From Heterodontus francisci (Eukaryota): DNA of 58,887 nucleotides. Every line of letters begins with the position of its first letter. Positions within the stretch are counted from its first letter, which is position 1. The notes under the pieces are model-generated. The model had not been told where the DNA came from. It was given only the letters and a program-made list of their open reading frames with translations, and searched no databases. Of the stretch, positions 1 to 12,895 are shown in pieces. The DNA lies in assembly GCF_036365525.1 (NCBI RefSeq), contig NC_090379.1, positions 45,373,923 through 45,432,809 on the forward strand. The letters are read 5' to 3'. The position numbers and the translations under genes were made by a program.

Positions 1-390
1 TTCTCCAAACTAAACTAAACTCTACTCAATCTCTCCTTATAGCACAATCTCTTCATTCCAGGAATCAATCTGGTGAACCTTTGCTGCACTCCCTGTTAAG
101 GCAAGTATAACCAAACTTAGGTAAGGAGACCAAAACTGTACACCGTATTCCAGGTATGGTCTCATGAAGACCATAAACAATTGCATAAGACTTCTTTACT
201 CTTATACTCCAATCACTTTGTAATAAAGGCCAACATACTATTTGATTGCTATGCCTCCATGCAAACTTTGTGATTCATGTACAAGAACATCCAGATCCTT
301 CTCAGTACCAACATTTTCCAGCCTCAAACCATCTAAAAAAATATTCTGTTTTTCTATTTTTCCTACCAAAGTGGATACTTTTACACTTCG

Positions 391-730
391 GGGCGGCACA
401 ATGGTTAGCACCGCAGCCTCACAGCTCCAGTGACCCGGGTTCAATTCTGGGTACTGCCTGTGAGGAGTTTGCAAGTTCTCCCTGTGACTGCGTGGGTTTT
501 CGCCGGGTGCTCCGGTTTCCATCCACAGCCAAAGACTTGCAGGTTGATAGGTAAATTGGCCATTATAAATTGCCCCTAGTATAGGTAGGTGGGAGGGGAA
601 TTGAGGGAAAGTGGGGATGTGATAGGAATATGGGATTAATGTAGGATTAGTATAAATGGATGGTTGATGGTCGGCACAGACTCGGTGGGCCGAAGGGCCT
701 GTTTTAGTGCTGTATCTCTAAATAAAATAA
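391..730 (+). mobile_element. tRNA-derived V-SINE (HE1-like shark SINE)
   Basis: Head gggcggcaca..tggttagca, B-box ggttcaattc, V-domain ggagtttgcaagttctccc..gggtgctccggtttcc, CR1-type 3' end gggccgaagggcctgt..gtgctgtatctct, short-repeat tail. Seven related copies in the window. Confidence 0.93.
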
Positions 731-1025
731 TTCTCCACAATATATTATATCTGCAATGTTCCTGCCCATTCATTTAGTCTGTCTAGATCCTTTTGCATCC
801 TCCCCACAGGTTACTTTCCCACCTAGCTTGGTATCAACAACAAACTTGGATGCATTGCACTTGGTCTCCTCATCTAAGTCATTGCTATAGATTATAAATA
901 GCTGAGGTCCAAGCACTGATCCTGTGGTACCCCATTAGTTACAGTCTACCAAACTGAGAATGACCCACTTATTCCTACTCTCTGTTTTCTGTCTGTTAAC
1001 GAATGCTCAATCCATGCTAATATAC

Positions 1026-1868
1026 TGGACTGGATTTTACAGCTCCCCTCCCCCTGCCCACCCGATGTCGGGGGTCGTGGCGGGGGTGGGGTGGGAGAAC
1101 CGGAAAATGTCTCCGGGAGAGAGGCCTGCCATTGGCCTCGACGCTGGCTAGGCCTCGTGACGGTCCTCCTGCCACTCAGTGACGACAGCAGCATTTAATC
1201 AAAAAAATGCAATTTAACAAATTGATTACTTACCCGCTCCTGCCATCTGTCCCGCTCAGATATTGTAGCCGGTGGCCGGCGCTCCCGCGCCTTTGGATCT
1301 CCATTTGGCAATCCGATGCAGGACGATGGTGGGAAGGGGGAGCAGGTAAGTATTTCGGGGGGGGTGGGGAGCAGCGGGCACAAACTAATCTGATTGGTGG
1401 AGGGAATGTTGGGAAGGGTTAAAGATAAGATGGTAGGAAGGGTTAAAGATAAAAGCTCGTGAACTTGGGGGGGTTGGGGAAGGTCAGGTACACAAGGTAA
1501 ATATTATGACGGGGAGTAAGAGGGCAAGGAATGAACTGTCTGGTTATTGGGAGCGGTGGCAGAGGGGCTAGAAACATTTTTTTTTAAACTTAAATTTAAA
1601 ATGCCTATATCTTTAAATATCTAAATGAAATGGAAGGGCTGGCCCTTTAAAAATGGCGTAGACACCTGCGCAACAGCTCCGTTGCCAGGGATGAACTGCC
1701 CGTCCCCTCCACATCATTGGGGGAGAGGGATGGTGGTCCGCCCCAGCCATTTAAATGAGCTGCCGCGTTTAATATCGCGGCAGCTCGTGATGGGCAGTCC
1801 ACATGGGCGGACCGCCATCGTTTATGTCCGCCGCCGATATCGGCAGCAGACATGTAAATTTGAGTCCA
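1026..1868. mobile_element. GC-rich non-autonomous TIR element (MITE-like)
   Basis: Imperfect terminal inverted repeats tggactggattttaca / tgtaaatttgagtcca. Abruptly interrupts a CR1 that resumes afterwards. No credible ORF. Confidence 0.65.
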
Positions 1869-2715
1869 TTATCTTAAATCGCATTTGTCCTAATTTTGTG
1901 TAATAACCTCTTGTGCAGTAGCTTAATGAATGCATTTTTAAAACCAAATGCACTATAACCATTGGTTCCCCCTTATCTAGTCTGCTAGTTATATCCTCAA
2001 AAATTTGTCAAACGTGATTTCTTTTTCAATAACAATGTAGACTTAGAAAATCATAATATCATTGGGCAAAGTGTCCAGTTATCACGTCCCTAATAATAGA
2101 TTCTAGCATTTTCCCTACTACTTCCCTATTTTCTGTCTCCCTCCTTTCTTGAGTAGTGGGATTATATATGCTACCTTCCAATCCCACAGGGTCCACTTTG
2201 CAATCCAGGCAATTCTGGAACATCAAAACAAATGCATCCACTATCTCTGTAGCCACCTCTTTTAAACCATTAGGGTTTAGGCCAATAGGTCCAGGGGATT
2301 TGTGGGATCTGTCAGCTTTTAGTCCCATTAATTTCTCCAGTACTATTTATTTACTAATACTAATATTTTTAAGTTCCTTATTTTACCAGACCCTTGGTTT
2401 CCCAATACTTCCAAAATGTTTTTTGTAAGTTGGTATCTGCTGCGAGGACAAAGCATGCATTTAATGTCTGCCATTTCCTTTGAAATATCTGAAGATCTGT
2501 CAGTTGGAAAAGCTGTTTTGTAAACAATTTCTATACTATGCAGCTGTTAAATGATCAGTTATATCCTAGCCTGTCATGTCATTGTAATAACTCACTGATG
2601 ATGCTCTTGTTGGAGTATTTTTGACAAATCAGAAAGAGGGGTATTTGCTGAATAGAACGGTTTCTGTTTAATACCTTTTCTTCAATACTAAAACAATCTA
2701 TTAAAAAAAAAATAC

Positions 2716-2856
2716 CTTATGCCCTTCAAATCGTTTCCGTTTGTTCATTCTGTATGGTCGCTCGGTAGAAAATAACACCATATAGTTGCCATTGGTTTGA
2801 GCAACAAAGACAGATTCTTTGGGATGAACAGCCAAGCAAGGGATTGTGTATCTTTC
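2716..2856 (-). CDS. WDR25: WDR25 internal coding exon (141 nt; human exon 6 equivalent)
   Basis: Acceptor tttccccccatag|GAA, donor AAG|gtattt. Translates [47 protein letters not shown]. Phase 0-0. The last exon must lie left of the window. Confidence 0.96.
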
Positions 2857-3296
2857 CTATGGGGGGAAAAAAGGAGTTAAAAAATATCTTTTAAATTCTG
2901 TGAGGATCCAGAGTAGAAATGCCTCGAACAGTTTTAGCAATGAAATAAAGAGTACAACGGCCACTTTCTTCAGGGACTTCACTGGCCTCTTACATTCTGG
3001 CAAATGAGCTTAGGCTAGGTTGAAAAATGGCAATAAAATTGTATTTTGATACCTAGACAATAGCACACCATTTATCTTATCCCTAATGAATTGCTCTGGC
3101 TTCAAAAGAGTACTTTTCAGTTTTTCAAACCTGCACTCGTTACGCTGTATTGCATTATGGAAAAATAATTTTCTGTCAGTTTCTATTATTAAATACTGCA
3201 AAGGTATAATACCTTTTCACAATGCATAAAGCTAGAATGGATGAATTACTTTCAGCAGTTGCCATACTTTGGCATGATTGCTGCAAAGTTAAATAT

Positions 3297-4011
3297 TGGC
3301 CTAGATTTTGCTGGAGCTGGACACCTCACAGCATGCCCCATTAGACGTTTTTCCCCACCCTTTGCTTAAAAAACATCTTTGCCTTGCAAGTTGCTGGAAG
3401 TGCGAGTTCATAACTGCGCGATGAGGGCAATGAGGCATCTGGGATCTTGGTGAATGACAGATTGTTGGTCCTATCTCCTTAACCAATCAGAATTAAGGGA
3501 TTGAGAAAGAAACAGAGGGATGATGGAGAAGGGAATAGCGTGAATTAAAGTCAAATCAGATACAAAGAGAGAGGAAAATAGTTTGGATTTAGAGAAAAAA
3601 AAGACAAAGTAAAAACCAGAAAAAAAACTCATTTTAAATTTTGAATTTACAATCTGCAGGAATGAGACTCCACAGTTTCAACTGTTCCCTTTCTAGGCAG
3701 GAAAGGTTGTGTGGCATTGTGGCAACATAAACCTCTACATTAGAAGGGTACTTACAATGTTCTGTGGCAAGTGTTTAATTGGCAATTAATGTACAAATGC
3801 AACAATTTCTTGACATTTAGAGATGTTCAGGGCGAGCTGCTGTTTTTGCAAGGCTAACGATGCAGTGGCACAAATCATCCATAACTTGTGACAATTCACA
3901 ATTAATGGGGTAGCTCTGGATGAATTACTTTCCACGTTGTTAGACAGTTTATGCATTAATAACAGCGTGTGCATTAAAGTCACTGTTTTCTTAACAGAAA
4001 AATCTGGGCTA
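3297..4011. mobile_element. Non-autonomous TIR element (MITE-like)
   Basis: TIRs tggcctagattttgct / agaaaaatctgggcta, flanked on both sides by atat (3293-3296, 4012-4015). Termini resemble those of the 1026-1868 element. Confidence 0.6.
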
Positions 4012-4034
4012 ATATCTTAACTTGCAAGGACTTG

Positions 4035-4350
4035 CATAGAAATTGAAAATTTACAGCACAGAGGAGGCCACTTGGCCCAGTGTATCTGTGTCAGCTGAAA
4101 AACAGTTATCTAGCCTAAGCCACTGTCCAGCTCTTGGTCAGTAGCCTTGCAGGTTACGGCACTTCATGTACATATCCAAGCGTTATTATTAAATGCAATG
4201 AGGGTTTCTGCATCCACCACCCTTTCAGGCAATGAGTTCCAGATGCCCACCACCCTCTGGGTGCAAAAACTTTCCTCAAATCCCCTTCAATCCTTCTACT
4301 AATTACTTTAAATCTATGCCTCTTGGTTATTGACCTCTCTGTTAAGGTGA
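4035..4350 (-). mobile_element. CR1 3'-end fragment
   Basis: Similar to the CR1 3' ends at 40932, 48980 and 53839 (catagaaa..ggaggccacttggccca..ttacggcactt..ctttcaggca). Confidence 0.8.
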
Positions 4351-4613
4351 GTTGTGGTTTCCTATGCAGTACTAGAAAAGCTAAATGCAATAGAGTATTT
4401 CTGATCATATTAAAAGACAGATTCAATTGGAAACATTTTGTTGCAGTACAGCTAGTAGTTGCTACAATTAATTAAGCAATTAAAAGGGAACAGCTCACAA
4501 GCAGTGTGTTACCCTTCTAGAACTTCTCATACCTCTCTAGTGTGATTTAACTGAAAATGCTTGACTCAACTGATCTCAATTCGTAAATGAAAACACAGAT
4601 CTGTTAAGCTTAC

Positions 4614-4784
4614 ATGGAATATTTGATTAGATATTTTTGCAGAAGTCTGAAAATCCCAAGCAATGATTGTGCGGTCTGCTGAGTCTCTGCTGACAGCATC
4701 TGTGCTGGTAAGAAATTCTTTTCCACCCGGAAGAAAAAGAATGTCGAGTGTTTGTTGTACTCCAGCACTGTATTCATTCACTAC
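4614..4784 (-). CDS. WDR25: WDR25 internal coding exon (171 nt; human exon 5 equivalent)
   Basis: Acceptor ttattccag|GTA, donor CAT|gtaagc. Translates [57 protein letters not shown] (contained in ORF 4566..4781). The QQTLDILF...[24 protein letters not shown] segment is diagnostic of WDR25. Confidence 0.97.
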
Positions 4785-6226
4785 CTGGAATAAAATAGTA
4801 AATACAATTTACAGGCCATATCAAAGACATTTATTTCCCCTCACCCCAGAAACAAGGAGCATTTTGATAAACTATTTTTCCTTTGCTAATTGATCAGAAT
4901 TTTTGAAATGCATGTTTCCCACATTGGGAGCAGTACAATTTTTTTTAAATGCACTAATGGGATATAGGCATCACTAGCCAAGTCAGCATTTATTGCCTGT
5001 CCCTCATTGCCTTTGAAAAAGTTTTGCTGAGTTGCATTCATGAACCACTGCAGTTGACATGGTAAAGTTACTCTCACACTACTATCAGGGAGGGAGTTCC
5101 AAGATTTTGACCCAGCAACAATGAAGGAATGGCAATATATTTCCTAAGTCGGGATGGTGTGTTACCTGGATGTGAACATGGAGGTACTGGTGTTTGTATG
5201 CACCTGCTGCCCTTGTCTTTCTAGGTCATGGATTTCAAATATGCTGTTGAAGAAGCCTTGGCGAGTTGCTGTAATGCATCATGTGGATGCTACACAATGT
5301 AGCCAGGATGTGCCAACGTTTCAGGTGGTGGACGGGATGCTGATCAAGCGGGTTGCTTTGTCCTGGATGGTGTTAAGCTTCTTGAGTGCTGTTGGAGCTC
5401 TACTCATCCATTACGCTCCTGACTTGTGCTTTGTAAATAGTGGAAAGGCTTTGAGGAGTCAGGAAGTGAGTCACATGCCACAGAATACCCACCTCTGACC
5501 TGCTCTTGTAGCCACAGTATTCATGTGGCTGGTCCAGTTAAGTTTCTGGTCAATGCTGACCCCCCAAGATGTTGATGATGGAGGATTTGACGATGGTAAT
5601 GCCATTGAATGTCAAGGAGTGATGTTGGAAATAATCACTGCCCAGCACATGTGTGGTGAGAATGTTAATTGTCACTTATCAGCCCAAGCTGAATGTCGAT
5701 GCACGTGGATATGGACTGCTTCATTATGAGGAGTTGCGAATAGAACCGAACACTGTGCAATCATCAGCAAACATCCCCAACTTCTGACCTTATGATGGAG
5801 CGAAGGTCATTGATGATGCTGATAAAAAAGGGTGGGGTAGGACACCACCATGAAGAACTCCTGCAGCAATATTCTGGGACTGAGATGGCTAGCTTCTAAC
5901 AACCACAAGCTAGGTACGATTCCAGCCAGTGGAGAGCTTTCCCCCTATTCCTATTGTCTTCAATTTTATAAGGGCTCCTTGAAGCCACACATGATCAAAT
6001 GCTGCCTTGATGTCAAGGGCAGTCATTCTCACCTTACCTCTGGAATTTAGCTCCTTCCAAATTTGAACCAAGGCTATAATGACATCTGGAGCCGAGTGGT
6101 CTTGGTGGCACAAACGGAGCATCGGTGAGCAAGTGCCGGATGATAGCACTGTCAACAACACCTTCCCTCATTTTGCTAATGTTTGAGAGTAGGCTGATGG
6201 GGGCAGTAATTGGCCGAATTGGATTT

Positions 6227-7804
6227 CGTAATAAAAGCAAAATACTGCGGATGCTAGAAATCTGAAATGAAAACAAGAAATGCTGGAAATACTCAGCAGG
6301 TCTGGCAGCATCTGTGGACAGAGAAGCAGAATTGATGTTTAAGGTCAGTGACCCTTCTTCAGAACTGGCAAATATTAGAAATGTGAAAGGTTTAAGCAAG
6401 TGAAGCAGCGGTGGGGCAAGAGATAACAAAGGAGAAGATATAGATAGGACAAGGCCACAGAGAATAACCGACATTAGTACAGATAGGGTGTTAACGGACT
6501 GAAAACTGAACAGCCGCAAGTACAAACATGAAAAAAAAAGTGGGTAAGCAAACTGAACAAACTAAGATGAAATAAAATAAAACAAACAAAAAAATATATA
6601 AAAAAGAAAAAAATAACTAAAAAAAAAATAAAATGGGGGGGACCCGTCAAGCTCTGAAATTATTGAACTCAATGTTCAGTCCGGCAGGCTGTAGTGTGCC
6701 TAATCGGTAACTGAGATGCTGTTCCTTGAGCTTGCGTTGATGTTCACTGGAACACTGCAGCAATCCCAGGACAGAGCTGTGAGCATGAGAGCAGGGAGGA
6801 GTGTTGAAATGGCAAGCAACCGGAAGCTCGGAGTCATGCTTTCAGACTGAGTGGAGGTGTTCTGCAAAGTGGTCACCCAGTCTGCGTTTGGTCTCTCCAA
6901 TGTAGAGGAGACCACATTGTGAGCAGCGAATACAGTATACTACATTGAAAGAAGTACAAGTAAATCGCTGCTTCACCTGAAAGGAGTGTTTGGGGCCTGG
7001 GATAGTGAGGAGAGAGGAGGTATATGGGCAGGTATTACACCTCCTGCGAATGGAGGGGAAGGTGCCGAGGTGGTGGGGGTAATGGAGGAGTGGACCAGGG
7101 TGTCGCGAAGGGAACAATCCCTTTGGAATGCTGACAGGGGAAGGGAGGGGAAGATGCATTTGGTAGTGGCATTACGCTGGAGGTGGCGGAAAATGATCCT
7201 TTGGATATGGAGGCTGATGGGGTGGAAAGTGAGGACATGGGGAACCCTGTCGCGGTTCTGGGAGGGAGGGGAAGGGGTGAGGGCAGAGTTGCGGGAAATG
7301 GGCCGGACACGGTTGAGGGCCCTGCCAACCACAATGGGGGGGTGGGGGGTGGGGGTGGAATCCTCGGTTGAGGGAAAAGGAAGACATATCAGAAGCGCTG
7401 TCGTGGAAGGTAGCACAGAGCAGATGTGTCGGAGACAGAGAAACTGGGAGAATGGAATGGAGTCCTTACAGGAGGCAGTGTGTGAAGAAGTGTAGTCAAG
7501 GTAGCCATGGGAGTCGGGCTTATAATGGATATTAGTAGACAGCCTATCCCCAGAGATGGAGACAGAGAAGTCGAGGAAGGGAAGAGAAGTGTTGATGGAC
7601 CATGTAAAGGTGAGAGAAGGGTGGAAATTAGAAGCAAAGTTGATAAAGTTTTCCAGTTCGGGGCAGGAGCAGGAAACGGCACCGATAGAGTCATCAATGT
7701 ACCGGAAAAAGAGTTGGGGGAGGGGACCCGAGTAGGACTGGAACAAGGAATGTTCGACATATCCCACAAAAAGACAGGCATAACTAGGACCTATGCAGGT
7801 ACCC
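6227..7804 (-). mobile_element. 5'-truncated Penelope-like element (RT + GIY-YIG endonuclease + 3' pLTR)
   Basis: RT: MGTCIGPSYACLFVG..FFRYIDD..LPFLDFSV. GIY-YIG with the CCHH motif: RFTCTSFNVVYCIRCSQCGLLYIGETKRRLGDHFAEHL. Frameshifted. Flanked by a 9-bp direct repeat attggattt (6218-6226, 7805-7813). Confidence 0.93.
6327..6368 (-). ncRNA. Degenerate minimal hammerhead ribozyme motif in the Penelope pLTR
   Basis: Minus strand reads ccagtt CTGAAGA a gggtcactgacc ttaaacatc aattctg. The CUGANGA box and stem II are intact, but the GAAA box is mutated relative to the copy at 27664-27706. Confidence 0.6.
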
Positions 7805-10732
7805 ATTGGATTTTGTAATGCTTGTTGTGGACTGGTATAGCACAGGTTTGGAACACAGTTCTCATTAACAAGTGCAGCATGCCCCAGGGACAGTGCTTTA
7901 CACACAGGACATACTTGGGAAATTATCCACTTTGTTGTCCTTGTTGTAGCTGTACTGGAACAGTTTAGTTAGAGGTGCGTTTAGTTCTGGAGCACAAGTC
8001 TTCAGCATTGCAGCCAGGATGTTGTTGGGACCCACAGCCTTTGCTGTATCCAGTGCATACAGCCATGTTTTGATATCACAAGAGTGAATGGAATAGGCTG
8101 AAGACTGGCTTCAGTGATGCTTCGGACCTCAGGAGTCGGCTGAGATAGATCATCCACTTGGCACTTCTGCCTGAAGATGATTGCAAACACTTCAGCCATG
8201 TCTTTTGCACTCACATGCTCGGCTGCACCATCATTGAGGATGGGGATGTTCACAGAGCCTCCTCCCCTCGAGTTAGTTGTTTAATTATCCATCACTGTTC
8301 ACAGCAGAACTGCAGGGCTTTGATCTGATCCATTGGTTGTGAGATCGTTTAGCTCTTGATATGGCATGGCTGCTTCTGCTGTTTAGCAGGCATGCAGTCC
8401 TGTATTTTAGCTTGACCAGGTTGGGATCTCACCTGGTGCTGCTCCTGGCATTCTCCCCTACACTCCTCAATGAACCAGGGTTGGTTCCCTGGCTTGATGG
8501 CAATGTTAGAGTGAGGAAAATGCCAGGTCATGAGGTTGCAAATTCTCAGGGAATACAATTCTGCTGCTGCTGATAGCCCACAGTACCTCATGGATGCCCA
8601 GTTCTGAACTGCCAGATGTGTTCTCAATCTTTCCTATTTAACATAGCGCTAGTGCCACACAAGATGGAAGTTATCCTCAGTGTGAGAACAGGACTTTGTC
8701 TCCACAAGGACTGGGCGGTGGTCATTCCCACTTTGGCGTAGTGGTTTGATACAGTTATGGATAGATATAACTGGGAAAGTAGATTGGTGAGTCAGAGGTC
8801 AAGTAGATTTTCCCTCGTGCTGGTTCTCTCACCACCTGCCACAAGCCCAGTCTGGGAGCTAGGTCTTTCAGGAGTCGGTCAGCTTGGTCAGGAACGATAC
8901 TATGGGGCCACTCTGGGCAATGGGCTTTGAGGTCCCCACCCAGAGTACATGCTGTGCTCGCTGCTTCTCCAAGTGGTGCGCAACCTGAAGCAGTACTGAT
9001 TCATCAGCTGAGGGAGGACGGTTGAGGGTGGTAACCAACAGGAGGTTTCCTTGCCTATGTTTGACCAGATGCCTTAAGACTTCAGGGGGTCCAAAATCAA
9101 TGTTAAGGACAAATCCTCACAACTGTATACCACCGAGCTGCCACCTCTGGTGGGTCTGTCCTGCTGGTGGGACAGGACATACCCAAAGATGGTGATGGAA
9201 GAGTCTGGGACATTGTTGAAAGGTATGTTTCTACGAGTGTGGCTATGTCAGAATGATGCTTGACTAGTTTGTGGGATACCTTTCCCAATTTTGGCATAAG
9301 TCTCCAGATGTTAGTGAGGAGGACTTTGCAGGGTTAACTGATCTGGGTGTACCTTTGTCGTGCCCAAATCCAATGGCAGGATCAATGCCATGTGATCCGT
9401 CCTGTTTTATTCTCAACAAACTTTGTCGTAGTGGTTTGGTACAACTGAGTGCCTGCAAGGCCATTTCAGTGGACAGTTAAGAGTTAACCACATGACTGTG
9501 ATCACATTGGGTAAGGATGGCAGATTTCCTTCCCTAAAGGGTATTAGTGAACCAGATGTTATTTTTTGAACAATCCAGTAGTTACATGACAACTGATACT
9601 CGCTTTTTATTCCAGATTTATTTAAGTAACTGAATTTAAATTCATTGCCATGGTGGAATTTGAACTCATGCCTCTGGATCATTACTCCAGGACTCTGGAT
9701 TACTAATCCAGTAAGGTAACTATTTTGCATTACTAGTCCAGCAGCATAACCACTATGCTACCATTCCCTCTGAGAAAGTTTATAGATTGAGGGTGACATT
9801 AATGGACTTTAGTAGCCTCTGAAGACTTCCACTTAGTAGCAAAGTTGATAAGTTTTGTCACATATTAGGAGGGGACCTGAAACTTGAATTTTGAGGCTGC
9901 ACCATATTTCCACTGCAATTTCAGGGAGCCACTAGGAACTTGGCTCGTATAATACGGTGCAGACACTAGATCATGGATGCCTTGTTTGTCAGGGCCAATC
10001 CATACATTGTCTTCTGAATGTTTGCTAGGGAGCAGCAAGCATGTGCCCTTGAATCTTACATTTTGTGTGCCCAAAATGCAAGGTGTAATAGAATGAACTT
10101 ATGTAAGCATATGTGCTCCCACAGAGAGGAGTGGCCCTTACAGGAATAAAAAAAAATGCATTTGTCCATTAAGGTCAAGCAAATGTGATTATATAGGTGA
10201 ATGACAGGTTCCATCAGACAATCAACCATTCCACCTGTGTTTGAAGAAGCAAGAGCTCTGCAGTTTCACAAAGTCAGGACCTGATCTGCCCAACAAATTG
10301 TGAACTGAGAAGCTTTTTATACTGAATTGTGCTAGATGGAAAGTTGATGGTGGAAAATTAACATTCTAATATATCTATGGTATAAATACATTAAATATAG
10401 ATTAGAGATGCAAAGTAACTTGTACTATTTATTAAATTCAACTTACATTAAAATGTCTTTATGTAAGCTTCCCACCACTTGTAAAACCTTGTGTGTAGTC
10501 TTGTGCAAGCTACAATTCAACAGGTCAAGGCATATTTAGTGAACCCTTTTAAACATTCCTGGAAGAAGGCGTGTTTTACATTGCAAGTACTATTCTCTCA
10601 CTTCCTAAGATGAAGTTTCCTTGAATTTAGCCAAAATAACATTTTAAAATAAATATTTAAGTGCATCATTTACCTACTTCCCTGAAGTGCCTTAAGTTTA
10701 ACCACATGGCATTTAACTTTTAAGGAAGAGCA

Positions 10733-10893
10733 TTTTTTAAAAATTCATTCATGGAAATGTGGGCATCGTTGGCAAGGCCTGCATTTTTTACCCATCCCTA
10801 ATTGCCCTGGAGTAGGTGGTGGTGAGCTGCCTTCTTGAATCAATGCAGCCCTTGTGATGTAGGTACAGCCACAGTGCTGTTAGGTTGGGAATT
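10733..10893 (-). mobile_element. Family A LINE 3' tail fragment
   Basis: ttcattcatgg..gggcatcgttggcaaggcctgcattt..cccatccctaattgcc, matching the 3' end at 28261. Confidence 0.85.
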
Positions 10894-11819
10894 TAATATA
10901 CATGAATTTGCCTTAATACAGTTCTCTACTCAAACTAGGATTGAAAATGTCGTTGTGGTAGGTTTAAAAAAATTATTTCAGAACTGCATAACGTTGTGCC
11001 CCAAACCTGAAAATAGCAGGTAGATAACAGAGTCTGAACAAACTGTGTTTAAAGCAATAATTAAAACCTGTAAATGTATGATAAATCACCTCAGTAGCCT
11101 TTTAAAGTAACATGTTTAAACTGGAAAATCAGCCTTCAGCATTGTACAGTTCTGCATCTAGTTCAATTAGCACAGTTCTACTTATTAGTTAACAGCAATA
11201 CAAAGTTTCTGTTCTCTTTCATGCTCTTTTAAAACAATGCAACAAGTCCACTGCAGTCACGATTCTGAGTTCCTATCAGTTGCGGTTCGATCTGGACGCT
11301 AGGCTGAGTATGAATTCTGAGTATTCATTCCAGAATAAGGAGGATGCTACCAGGACTTCCATTTAGGCACTAGTGGCAGCACCAACAACCAAAGAAATAT
11401 TTACAGAACTTCTTTGCTCATTGATGAGTTGAAGGATATGCTGTTTTATAATAAAAGAATTAAACCATATACTGCACAGTGTACTATTATATAACAAGGG
11501 GAGTGTGTACATCTTCATAGCCCTTTCCCTACTGGTTGCCCTGAGGAAAATGCTCTGTTTATTTACAGCCCATCTCTTTAGGGCTACAAAGTTAATTCTG
11601 TGGTTAAGTATCGTACAGAGGCAAACCAGAGGCCAATTAACAGCTAACTGGTGTTGCTCAGGGAACTTTATCATTAAATTGTCAGCTGCTTATCCCTAAT
11701 AAATAGGCCCAGGTCAGTAAAAACCAACAGAATTGATCAGTTTTGTCTTGCTGAAAAGATTGTTCAGTTGTGGTTTATTATAGTTTTATGAGTATGGCAT
11801 TTGAGCCAATCATAAATGG

Positions 11820-12895
11820 AACATAGGAGGAGTAGGCCATTCAACTTGTGAAGCCTGCTCTGCCATTCAATTAGATCATGGCTGACCAGCTACCTCAGCG
11901 CCACTTTCCTGCACTATCTCCATATCCCTTGATGTCATTAGTATCCAAATATCTATTGATTTCTGTCTTGAACATACTCAATGATTGAGCTTCCACAGGC
12001 CACATGGGTAGAGAATTCCAAAGATTCACCACCCTCTGAGTGAAGAAATTCCTCCTCAGCTCAGTCTTAAATGACCTACCTCTTATTCTGAGACTATGTC
12101 CCCTGGTTCTAGACTCACCAGCCAGGGGAAAGCCAGATGTAAAGCATCAAAATTTAATGTGTGATAGAAAATTAGATGCAACGCATCTAATATGTGTGTA
12201 GGTGTGTTGTTGAAGTCTACAAAGATCAATACATTAATATAGTAATGATTCGACATTTAGGAATGAAACTATTTGTTTTTGGTGGCTTTTTGTGCTTTTC
12301 AAGGTAAAAGATACCCGTAAAAGAAATCCTCTTCAGCTGGGGGTGTCCAATGGCAGCATCAAGCAGTCCCAAGTACTGTACATATGAGTAGAGTCACTAT
12401 TCTGCACCGCCAATCTGCCTTCACCTCAGTGACAGAGCTTCATTCCCTCACCACCCCCCATTTACCATTTCCAAAAGTAGCCTGAGTGAATTTGCCAATT
12501 CAGTACCGATTTAGGTGCATTTATGCATGGTGGTTCTGTGCCCAACATCAATAGGTGGATGCGGAAAGGATGTTTCCCTTTGTTGGAGAATCTAGAACTA
12601 GAGGTCATGTTTATAAATAAGGGGTCACCCATTTAATACAGAGATGAGGAGAAATTTCTTTTCTCAGAGGGTTGAGAGTCTTTGGAATTTGCTTCCACTG
12701 CCTTTTGAGGAAGAGGAGTCTTTGAATATTTTTAAGGCAGAGGTAGATAGATTCTTGATAAAGCAAGGGGGTGGAAGGTTATCGGGAATAGGTGGACATG
12801 TGGAGTAATTTGTGGAGCCATGAACTTATTGAATGGCGGAGCAGGCTCGAAGGGCCAAGTGGCCTACTCCTGCTCCTAATTCGTATGTTCGTACG
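11820..12895. mobile_element. Two CR1 3'-end fragments in opposite orientation (~11820-12130 minus; ~12565-12895 plus)
   Basis: Typical CR1 3'UTR gaatggcggagcaggctcgaagggcc..ggcctactcctgctcct with a (tatgttcg) tail, and its reverse complement. Confidence 0.8.

Larger units (their letters stand above)
21..2480 (-). mobile_element. Degenerate CR1 LINE ORF2 fragment, interrupted by a SINE (391-730) and a MITE (1026-1868)
   Basis: Minus-strand RT-domain peptides: KSPGPIGLNPNGLKEVATEIVDAFVLMFQNCLD, ILAWIEHSLTDRKQRVGISGSFS, EKDLDVLVHES. Many frameshifts. Confidence 0.85.
4939..9768 (-). mobile_element. Near full-length degenerate non-LTR retrotransposon, family A (CR1/L2 group), with a tRNA-like 5' head; split by a Penelope insertion
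   Basis: Minus strand 5'->3': tRNA-like head (~9650-9768), SINE-shared body (~9440-9650), APE endonuclease start (KVLLTNIWRLMPKLGKVSHKLVKHHSDIATLVETYLS, ~9215-9330), RT motifs (TALDIKAAFDHVWLQGALIKLKTIGIGGK), 3' tail ggcaataaatgctgacttggctagtgatgcc plus poly-A. Confidence 0.88.

Noticed and set aside
238-554. Recurrent ORFs such as GGTVAQWLALQPHSS.. and ETGAPGENP..ENLQTPHRQYPE (also near 15.5, 22.7, 29.7, 54.8 and 55.4 kb)
   Set aside because: These are incidental translations of HE1-like SINE copies, not a repeated protein domain or gene family.
2595-2651. Possible box C/D snoRNA (ctgatga ... ctga) near an exon
   Set aside because: It is antisense to the host gene, has an imperfect C box and lacks a terminal stem.
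6973-7905. 310-aa ORF as an intact gene
   Set aside because: Its N-terminal ~33 residues come from flanking sequence. The rest is a 5'-truncated, frameshifted Penelope RT.
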